A stretch of DNA of 32,000 nt. Origin: Mycolicibacterium smegmatis (GTDB lineage: Bacteria; Actinomycetota; Actinomycetes; Mycobacteriales; Mycobacteriaceae). The stretch spans positions 90,001-122,000 of the forward strand of contig NZ_LN831039.1 of the NCBI RefSeq assembly GCF_001457595.1. The letters are read 5' to 3'. The notes under the pieces are model-generated. The model did not search any database and was not told the DNA's origin. It saw nothing but the letters and a program-made list of their open reading frames with translations. Positions 7,282 through 14,042 of this stretch are shown here, in pieces (positions within the stretch are counted from its first letter, which is position 1; each line of letters starts with the position of its first letter). The position numbers and the translations under genes are program-made.

Positions 7282-9003
7282 ATGGCGACTCAACCCGACG
7301 AGAGCTACTACGGCGGGCAGACAGTCACCGGTGCTGGTTGGCCCCACGTTAATGAGGATGTACTCGACGCAACCGCGGATGCATTCGATGACTTGAGGAC
7401 ATTTCTGCGGGATGTAGTTGTTCCCGCTGCGGGTCGGCAGCGTACCAAGTTATCTGATCGCTGGGAAGGCGCAGGCGCGCAAGCCGCGTACGACGAGGCC
7501 AGCGCAATCATCCTCGCACACGAAGCTAGCGAACAAGCTGCTAAAGAAACTAGGGATCAGTTGCGTCTGATGTTCGCGGCGGTCAAGTTTGCGAAGACAG
7601 CTGCGAACAAAACGGCTGAGGAAGTACAGGCTGCCTGCGAGAAGATCATGGGTGAAAAGCCTCCAGCAGAGGGAGAGGACACCCGTAACAGGCGTGCAGC
7701 TGACAAAGTCAAGGAAGGCTATGAGGAGAACGTCCGCTTGGTTTCCGAGTTCTCCAAATGGTTAGCAGAGAAATTGGATGTTCCACCCGATACTCCGGGG
7801 GCGGATGGAAAAGTGCCAACGTCAGAAGCGGAGGGTAAGTCAACTTCACCCGCAGGAGAGGAAGCTGCTGTCGGCGGTAGGGGATCCGCTGGAGGAACAG
7901 GGGTTGTGGCGGATCAGCCACCCCCACCCTCGCTCTTTTCCCCCGTGGCGTACGGAGGTAAGGGTACGGCTCAAGGCACTGGCGTCGTCGCGGATTCGCC
8001 GCCTGCAGACGGTCCCGTGAAATCTGAATCGGGCGGTGGACGGGGTCCAGCCTCTGTGCCTAATGATGTTGACACCCCAGCGACTGTCGGTGGAGACAAT
8101 TCTCCATCGGCGAACAATCCCGAACCTGGCACTCCCAGCATATCGGTGTCCGGAGGCGGCGGTGCACCGTCGCCGAGCGGCGCACCGCAGGGGCCGAGAG
8201 TATCCCCAATGTCGTCGGGCACGGGCAAGGCGGACGCTGTGTCGGCTGAGACAGGTCTAGCCTCCTCCCCGACGCCAGCTACAAGTGGCGGGGCGCCGCA
8301 GAACCCCGCAGAGCAGTTCCAAAAAGGGTTGGCAGATGCGGCGAAGAACGGTGGGTCGCCACAGACGCTGTCGTCTACCCCGTCGCAGCCGCTTGGCGGA
8401 CCGCCAACGACACAGCCACTCGGCACTCCGCCCCCAACGGCAGGCCCTACCGCTCCGCCTACGACCGGAGGCCCGCCAGCACCGGTCGCGCAGGCAGCAG
8501 GTGGACCTGGCGGCGGGGCTGGGCCAGCACCTGTGGCGCCACCCCCAAGCGGAGGTGTCCCAGGTGGGGCGGTCCCGTTGGGACCTCCACCGACTCCTCC
8601 ACTAGCGGCGCCTGTGACGACGCCGTCGCCGGCGGCCGGTCCGCCTGTTGCTCCCACGGGTGCGGCAGCTGGTGCGGCCGGTGGTGGAGGTGCACAGGTC
8701 GCGCCGATTCCGGTGTCGGCGGCACGAGCCGAACGCGACCTTGCCCAACGAGCGGTTCGACGGTCGGGCGTGGATCCGATGGAGACTGCGCGCAGGATTG
8801 CAGCCGCGCTGAACGCCCCTGGGATGACCAACGTCGAGGATTTCAAGTTCTTCTGGGTCACAGGCCTCACGACCGACGGAAAGATCGTCGTCGCCAACAA
8901 CTACGGAATTGCCTACATCCCTCAGCAGGTGCATTTGCCTGAACAGGTGCATATGGCATCTGCCGATGGGCCGAACACAACGGGAAGACCTTGCGCGCAG
9001 TGA
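7282..9003 (+). CDS. espK: EspK-like protein, N-terminal/central part (copy 1); ends prematurely relative to M. tuberculosis EspK
   Basis: 573 aa. N-terminal helical domain with WxG (DRWEGAG), then a long Pro/Ala/Gly/Ser-rich linker. This is followed by [47 protein letters not shown]. That matches the EspK (Rv3879c) region I recall as [47 protein letters not shown]. The ORF terminates as ..[16 protein letters not shown]. Confidence 0.8.
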   Translation: [573 protein letters not shown]

Positions 9004-10517
9004 TCGCGACAGAGGATCAGCTGAAAAACTCCGATGCCGGCGTGCACCACGAGGTTTTGAAGCCTGAGGACATCCCTGAGAGCGGCAAGATGGCTGGTCG
9101 CGATCGCCTGCAGGTGATCGCTCCGGATGTGAGCTCGCAGTTGGCGCGGATCAGCGACACCGACCTGGTGAGCGTCCTACCGCCGGCGCCCGCTGATTCG
9201 AATCCGCCAGAAGACCGTCGGAAATCGTTGTGGGACAATGTCTGGAAGCCGTTGGCAAGTCGTTCCGCGAAGCGAGGGGAGAGGCACCTGACGGCCTTCG
9301 TGGCGTACGCGTCACACGCCCAGGAACACGCGCTTTACGCAGCACACACGGCAGCGCTCCCTGATGAGCAGCGGCAGGCGATCCGCGAGTTCATCTATTG
9401 GCAGCACGTCGGCCAATTGACGGCCGACGCCTTGGCCCCCGCGTGACGGTGCCAGTGATTCGACACGGAAAGCTGTTGCGCGCCGGTCGGGAAATTGACG
9501 CAAAACGCTCGGCCGAGTCGACCTTATGATTGCCTACGGAACACAACCGGGCGAGTTGGTGTTGACGGCAGCTGTTTGCGGGGGTGGCTTTGGATTCGCC
9601 AGTTTCGCGAATCTTCTGCCGCATCCGGTGTAGCGGACGCAGGGAGGGTGATCGGCTATGAGCGAGGAGTTGCAGTATGAGCTCCCAGGGCTGGAACGAA
9701 AAGCCCATGAATGCGAGTCGACTCGTCCCGAGGGCCCCGGCGACGCGACGAAGCCAGACGAACTCGCCACCACCGCGAGTGTCTATAGCAAGCTCATGGT
9801 GTCTGCCGCCAAACTGAAAGCGACGTTTGCAGCGGGAGACCGCGAGGGCGAGCGTATTGCGGCCGCCATCCGCGCCGCGGCGGGCGCCTACCAGAAGATC
9901 GAAGAGCAGAAGGCTGCCGAACTGAACCGTCAGATGAATGGCAGCGACGCCCCGCAGCCTGCGGCCGAGGCGGTGGTCCCTGACATGTCCGGTATCCCTG
10001 GCCCGTTGACCATCCCGTCCATGGAATACCCATCTGCTGCGGCTGCCGCGGACGAAATGGATTGGGAGGCAGCCGCGAGGATCATACATAGCGGCGATAC
10101 GCAGGCCCTGTCGATGAAGTACTTCCGAGATCAGTGGCGGGACTATCAGTCCACGCTGGAGGGCCACGGGCGGCATTTTGCGAACCCGGCGGAAGGTTGG
10201 TCGGGCGCAGCCGCAGAAACCTGTGCTGAGGCTCAGCGGAGACTGTCGACGTGGTGGGCTGATATGGGTGCGGAGTGTGGCCGTCTGGCCCAAGAGGCCA
10301 CGACATTTGTCGATGCGCACGACAAGTTGGTCGCGAACCACCCCACCTTGGAAAACGTCAGAGAATTCGAGGAAACAGAGTGGGCGTCTGAGTGGGATCG
10401 GCAAAACGCCTGGGCGATGCTGCAGGAGCAGTCGGAGGACGCGCTCGAGGCTTACGCAAACGGCAGCCAAATCCAAGAAATCCGTCCAGGGAAACCGCCG
10501 TCGATCGGTGGCCTTCC
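8476..10517 (+). repeat. Near-identical 2,042-bp core block, copy 1 (espK 3' part, espK-C ORF, 210-bp spacer, espB 5' 860 nt)
   Basis: Line-by-line comparison with 23305-25346 showed only three differences (9010 A/G, 9026 A/G, 9032 C/G). Mismatches become frequent immediately outside both ends (8475 G/T; 10518 C/T onward). Confidence 0.85.
8991..9446 (+). CDS. espK: EspK C-terminal domain encoded as a separate ORF (copy 1)
   Basis: 151 aa from TTG 8991, or 148 aa from GTG 9000, which overlaps the upstream stop as GTGA. [43 protein letters not shown].. matches the EspK C-terminus I recall ([43 protein letters not shown]..). The frame is -1 relative to 7282-9003. Confidence 0.75.
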   Translation: [151 protein letters not shown]

Positions 10518-11220
10518 CGCGGTGAATGACGGCGACGTCCAAGCCACGCCGACTTCAAGCCCGGGAGGACCAGGCGGACCGGGCAGTGGCTCGGGCGGCG
10601 GGGGCGGTGGTGGAGGCGGCGCGCCTGAGATGCCGGAGATGCCGTCGATGGAACCGGCTGTATCGCCTGTCGGGAATTCCCCAGGGGGAGAACAACCTTC
10701 AGGTTCGCCTTCCGGTGGTGGCTCGCCGTCTGGCGGTTCACCATCTGGTGGTTCGCCCTCTGGTGGTGGCGCGCCCTCCGGGGGTGGCATGCCGGAAGGC
10801 GGCCTTCCCACGGATATGCCTGGCGGCCCAGAGATTCCGGGTCTCGACGATCCCAGCCTGAACCCGGCCAGCGCCGGTGGTGGCGGCGGAGGGGGAGTTG
10901 GCGGTGGTGGCGGCGGGATGCCTGCCGCACCGCTGGGCCCCCCTGTCGGCGCGGACTCCGTGGCCCCTTCGCCGTCCAGCGCGCGTGGCGGCGCCGTGGG
11001 CGTCCCGGGTGGCCCGGCCGGCGGCGGTATGGGCGGCATGATGGGCGGCGGCATGGGTGGAATGGGCGCGGGCCACGGCCAGGGCGGCCAGGGCAAGGAG
11101 AAGCGCCGCGATCCGAAACTGTCTCCAGACGAGGACCTTTACACGGAAGACCGTGCTTACACCGAAGGGGTCGTCGGCCATCGTCCGCGCAGGGAGAAGG
11201 ACAGCGGCAAGCAGCAGTAA
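9658..11220 (+). CDS. espB: EspB-like ESX-1 substrate, copy 1
   Basis: 520 aa. The N-terminal helical PE/PPE-like domain carries YxxxE (AYQKIE, nt 9889-9903) and WxG (EGWSG, nt 10198-10206). The C-terminal half is Gly/Pro/Ser-rich low complexity. The conserved tail DEDLYTEDRAYTEGVVGHRPRR compares with M. tuberculosis EspB ..ALYTEDRAWTEAVIGNRRRQ. SD-like GGGAGGG precedes the ATG. Confidence 0.9.
   Translation: MSEELQYELPGLERKAHECESTRPEGPGDATKPDELATTASVYSKLMVSAAKLKATFAAGDREGERIAAAIRAAAGAYQKIEEQKAAELNRQMNGSDAPQPAAEAVVPDMSGIPGPLTIPSMEYPSAAAAADEMDWEAAARIIHSGDTQALSMKYFRDQWRDYQSTLEGHGRHFANPAEGWSGAAAETCAEAQRRLSTWWADMGAECGRLAQEATTFVDAHDKLVANHPTLENVREFEETEWASEWDRQNAWAMLQEQSEDALEAYANGSQIQEIRPGKPPSIGGLPAVNDGDVQATPTSSPGGPGGPGSGSGGGGGGGGGAPEMPEMPSMEPAVSPVGNSPGGEQPSGSPSGGGSPSGGSPSGGSPSGGGAPSGGGMPEGGLPTDMPGGPEIPGLDDPSLNPASAGGGGGGGVGGGGGGMPAAPLGPPVGADSVAPSPSSARGGAVGVPGGPAGGGMGGMMGGGMGGMGAGHGQGGQGKEKRRDPKLSPDEDLYTEDRAYTEGVVGHRPRREKDSGKQQ
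10702..10788 (+). repeat. Imperfect in-frame tandem repeat (15-21 nt units) encoding GSPSGG-type units in the EspB-like tail
   Basis: The read units are ggttcgccttccggtggt / ggctcgccgtctggc / ggttcaccatctggt / ggttcgccctctggtggt / ggcgcgccctccgggggtggc. They encode GSPSGG GSPSG GSPSG GSPSGG GAPSGGG. The paralog at 25540-25630 has a related but different unit series. Confidence 0.8.
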
Positions 11221-11324
11221 CGTCGTCAGGAAACCATGTCCCGCGCAACATGCTGCCAACCATGTTCTGAGGTCAAGGCTTTGGGACATTCCCGACGCCG
11301 GCGACGTAAACGTGTGTGCGGTGA

Positions 11325-11633
11325 GTGTTAAGGTTCGACGTGCTTGCCGCCACACGTACTTATCTCCTGCTGGGATTCTTCGTTCTGTGTGGAGCATGGA
11401 TTCTGCAGGCGACATCGCACGGCGTTCTCGTCACCATCGCAATCGTCGCGCTGTATGTGATCGGAATCGGGCTGATAGCGGTCGGTTGCTACTACTACCG
11501 GCAGCTTCCTTGGCCGGAACCTGAACGGCAGAGGAAGGTCGGCGCACCGGTCGCCGTTTTCGGCTTTATCGTCATCGCGATCAATCTGGGGGCCTTCGCA
11601 GTCTTCCTTATCTGGGAATACCTGCTGAAATGA
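11325..11633 (+). CDS. Small 3-TM membrane protein (102 aa), copy 1
   Basis: Three hydrophobic helices: YLLLGFFVLCGAWILQA, GVLVTIAIVALYVIGIGLIAVGCYY and VAVFGFIVIAINLGAFAVFLIW. It is conserved (most residues identical) with the ORF at 26147-26455 in the same position after espB. The start is ambiguous (GTG 11325 or GTG 11340). Confidence 0.65.
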   Translation: MLRFDVLAATRTYLLLGFFVLCGAWILQATSHGVLVTIAIVALYVIGIGLIAVGCYYYRQLPWPEPERQRKVGAPVAVFGFIVIAINLGAFAVFLIWEYLLK

Positions 11634-11673
11634 ACGTCCTGAGCGCCTGGCCTATTGAGGGCTGGGCGATCGA

Positions 11674-11785
11674 TCAGCGACCGTGCATCTCGCCGTCGAG
11701 GTCACCCGCCTTGGCCGCATCCGTGCGCTCGTACTTGGTGGCCGCTTCGTCCAACTTCTCGGCAAGTGACGTAGAAACGTTTTGC
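11674..11785 (-). pseudogene. 3' stub of an EspC/EspF-like gene, truncated by the IS1096-like element
   Basis: The reverse strand reads ..GDLDGEMHGR* with stop TGA at 11674-11676. At nucleotide level it matches the 3' end of the intact gene at 26468-26785 (..GDLDGEMHGS*) up to the IS left end at 11786. The 5' two-thirds are absent. Confidence 0.8.
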
Positions 11786-11849
11786 GGCTCTTCGCACTTG
11801 ACGGTGTAGAGACGATCAGCTGCTTTCGCGCTGTGATCGAGGGGTCTGG

Positions 11850-12602
11850 TTGGCTTGGGGTGTGCCGGAGAAGAAGCGGAAGAGCAAGAGGAAGAGCGGA
11901 GTGTCCGGGGGCAGTGTGGACCTGGCGTTGCTGCAGAAGCTAATGGCCGACGCTGGTCGGAACGTGTTCGCGGGAATGTTCGATGAGCCGACGCCCGAGG
12001 TGCGGGCGGTGCCGGATCGTGCGCGGGGCTTCCGGGTGCGCGTCGACCTGATGTACGCCAAGCCGCCGATCTGGCGTCGGCTGGACCTGCCGGGCGACCT
12101 CATGCTCGATGAGCTCCATGTTGTGCTGCAGGTCGTTATGGGCTGGCAGGACAGTCATCTGCATAAGTTCGGTGTCGGGGCGGACCGGCGGACCCGTGCC
12201 TACTTCGTCACCGGGTTTGATCTCAGCGAAGGCGACGACGGTGTCGTCGAGGACAGCGTGCGCCTCGATCAGGTGGTGTCCGATAAGGGCGAGCGGTTGT
12301 TCTACGATTACGACTTCGGCGACGGATGGGACCACGTGCTCGTGGTCGAAGACGTTTTCGATGATCCGCCCCCGGCTGCGGTGTGTCTGACGGGAAAGAT
12401 GGCCTGTCCGCCGGAGGACTGTGGTGGCCTGGGCGGCTATGAGGAGTTGGCTGCGTGGGTTCGCGGCGGGTACGACCCGCGGGAAACGCCGATGGGACTC
12501 GGTGCGCAGGAGATGAGGGACTGGCTGCCCCGGGGCTGGCACCCCGACCGTTTCTCGGTGGCCGAGACCAATGACGCTCTGGCCGCGTTGAACACGCGTT
12601 GA
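11850..12602 (+). CDS. tnpR: IS1096 TnpR-type passenger protein (pRiA4b ORF-3-like domain)
   Basis: 250 aa (TTG 11850 or GTG 11862). It has a Lys/Arg-rich N-terminus. The motifs FRVRVDLMYAKPPIWRRLDLPGDLMLDELHVVLQVVMGWQDSHLHKF..YDYDFGDGWDHVLVVE..CPPEDCGG are the conserved signature of the pRiA4b ORF-3 / IS1096 TnpR family. Confidence 0.85.
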   Translation: MAWGVPEKKRKSKRKSGVSGGSVDLALLQKLMADAGRNVFAGMFDEPTPEVRAVPDRARGFRVRVDLMYAKPPIWRRLDLPGDLMLDELHVVLQVVMGWQDSHLHKFGVGADRRTRAYFVTGFDLSEGDDGVVEDSVRLDQVVSDKGERLFYDYDFGDGWDHVLVVEDVFDDPPPAAVCLTGKMACPPEDCGGLGGYEELAAWVRGGYDPRETPMGLGAQEMRDWLPRGWHPDRFSVAETNDALAALNTR

Positions 12603-12609
12603 GGATTCT

Positions 12610-13932
12610 TCACCGCCGAGGTTGACGGAGCTGGGTTCGGAAGCCTCCGGTCTCGAGCAGGGACCGGGCGATGTAGTTGGTGAGGTTGCGGAAGCCCAGG
12701 GCGGATCCGCGCAGGTGTTCGAGGCGGCCGTTGATCGCTTCGGTCGGCCCGTTGGAGGTGCCGGGGCGGTCGAAGTAGGCCAGGACGTCGGCGGCACGCT
12801 TCTTCAGTGTCCGCCCGAGGGTGATCAGCTCGGTCAGCGACGTGGGGACGCCTGTGCTCAGCGTGGTGATCAGTGCAGCCATCATGGTGCGGCCCTTGGT
12901 GCGGTCTGGTTCGCGGTAGGCGGCCACGGTGCGTTGATACATCGCCCAGGTGGCCTCGATCTCGGCGTGCGCGTTGGCGGCGAACAGTGCGGCCAGTCGG
13001 GCTTTCTGGCGGTCGGTGAGCAGGTCGGCCCCGGTGTGCAGGGTGCGTCGCGATCGGTAGAGCGGGTCGGTGCTGCGGCCGCGGTGCCCGCAGGTGGCCA
13101 GCTGCACGCGGCGTCGGCACTCGTCGAGGGCGTTGCCGGCCAGGCGGACCACGTGGAAGGGGTCCATCACCGTGGCCGCGTCAGGCAGTTCTTCGGTGGC
13201 GGCGGTCTTGAACCCGGAGAACCCGTCCATGGCAACAACGTCCACACGATCACGCCACTCCTGTGGCCGCTGTGCCAGCCAGTCGGCGAACGCCTTCTTG
13301 GAGCGGCCCTCCACCATGTCGAGCAGCCGTGCGGGGCCGGTCCCGTCACGCACGGGCGTGAGATCGATGATGACGGTGACGTACTTGTCGCCGCGGCGAG
13401 TGTGCCGCCACACGTGCTCATCGACGCCGATCACCGCGACGCCATCGAACCGGGCCGGATCGGCGATGAGCACCCGCTGACCTTCGGCGAGCACGGCGTT
13501 GTTGGCAGTGTTCCACGACACCGCAAGCGCCTCGGCGACCCGGGCCACCGACAGGTGTTGGCAGACAAGGGCTTCCAGCGCCCACCGCAGAGCACGCCGG
13601 GACAGCCTGGCCCGCGGTTCGGCTGCGGCGCTGGCATCCTGGCGCCACACATGAGCGCAGCCGGCGCAACGGTAACGGCGGATCGTGACCAGCAAAGCCG
13701 TGGGTCGCCACCCGAACGGTTCATGAGCCAACGTGCGAGTCACGCTGTCACGTACAACGCCTTCTTCGCCGCAGCGGCGGCACCACCGATCCTCATCGGC
13801 GACCCGGCACGCCAGCACGGCCCGATCAGGGTCGAGGCGTTGGCCGGTCACCTCCAACCCGAGCTCGTCGAGGCGGCAGAAAGTCGTCAGGTCAGCGCAG
13901 GCGAAGCCCGCCCGACCGGTAGCGTCAGGCAC
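12610..13932 (-). CDS. tnpA: ISL3-family transposase (IS1096 TnpA-like)
   Basis: 440 aa, GTG start. Cys cluster (CRRCGEEG.., YRCAGCAHVW), then VIGVDEHVWRH..VAMDGFSGFKTA..VMDPFHVVRLA... The C-terminal SNGPTEAINGRLEHLRGSALGFRN motif is typical of ISL3 transposases. Confidence 0.9.
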   Translation of the reverse strand: MPDATGRAGFACADLTTFCRLDELGLEVTGQRLDPDRAVLACRVADEDRWCRRCGEEGVVRDSVTRTLAHEPFGWRPTALLVTIRRYRCAGCAHVWRQDASAAAEPRARLSRRALRWALEALVCQHLSVARVAEALAVSWNTANNAVLAEGQRVLIADPARFDGVAVIGVDEHVWRHTRRGDKYVTVIIDLTPVRDGTGPARLLDMVEGRSKKAFADWLAQRPQEWRDRVDVVAMDGFSGFKTAATEELPDAATVMDPFHVVRLAGNALDECRRRVQLATCGHRGRSTDPLYRSRRTLHTGADLLTDRQKARLAALFAANAHAEIEATWAMYQRTVAAYREPDRTKGRTMMAALITTLSTGVPTSLTELITLGRTLKKRAADVLAYFDRPGTSNGPTEAINGRLEHLRGSALGFRNLTNYIARSLLETGGFRTQLRQPRR

Positions 13933-14042
13933 GTCGAGGTCTTTCAGATGGATGGCGTAGGAACCTCCATCATCGGAAGACCTCGACCCCTATCCCGGCA
14001 CCGACGCGCCGACGACCTCTACACCCTCAACTGCGAAGAGCC

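Larger units (their letters stand above)
5105..11785 (+). repeat. Cassette copy 1 (leader, espJ-like, A3, split espK-like, espB-like, 3-TM, espC/F-like stub); paralogous to 19905-26579
   Basis: Colinear homology at a constant offset of about 14.8 kb (14,804 at the espJ starts, 14,829 from espK onward). The left limit is approximate, where leader similarity fades. The right limit is the IS1096-like junction. Confidence 0.85.
11786..14042. mobile_element. IS1096-like ISL3-family element (2,257 bp) with TnpR passenger gene plus transposase
   Basis: Inverted repeats GGCTCTTCGCACTTGACGGTGTAGAG (11786-11811) and GGCTCTTCGCAGTTGAGGGTGTAGAG (reverse complement of 14017-14042) match at 24/26 positions. 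The two-gene content (pRiA4b-ORF3-like TnpR plus ISL3 TnpA) is as I recall for M. smegmatis IS1096. The flanking 8-mers CGTTTTGC and ACCAATCT differ, so there is no target-site duplication. Confidence 0.85.

Noticed and set aside
8943-9003. Programmed -1 ribosomal frameshift fusing the two espK ORFs.
   Set aside because: The overlap (..gat ggg ccg aac aca acg gga aga cct tgc gcg cag tga) contains no X_XXY_YYZ slippery heptamer. About 20 residues of the EspK junction also seem deleted. A deletion-derived split with GTGA coupling is the simpler reading.
9447-9657. Promoter for espB in the 210-bp spacer (TTGACG at about 9495 and TATGAT at about 9525; second TTGACG at about 9561).
   Set aside because: Spacing between the -35-like and -10-like hexamers is about 24 nt, which is too long. 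The second TTGACG has no credible -10. The spacer is conserved only because it lies in the identical block, so conservation carries no information.
9391-10542. 383-aa minus-strand ORF (and its twin at 24220-25305) covering the espK-espB spacer and the espB 5' half.
   Set aside because: It is Arg-rich with low complexity and lies antisense to a confidently identified espB. It is duplicated only because it lies in the near-identical block.
13990-14042. C-terminal 17 residues (WLFAVEGVEVVGASVPG) of the 311-aa track ORF as part of the family-A protein.
   Set aside because: These codons are the reverse complement of the IS1096-like right inverted repeat and adjacent IS sequence. They are a read-through artefact of the truncation.
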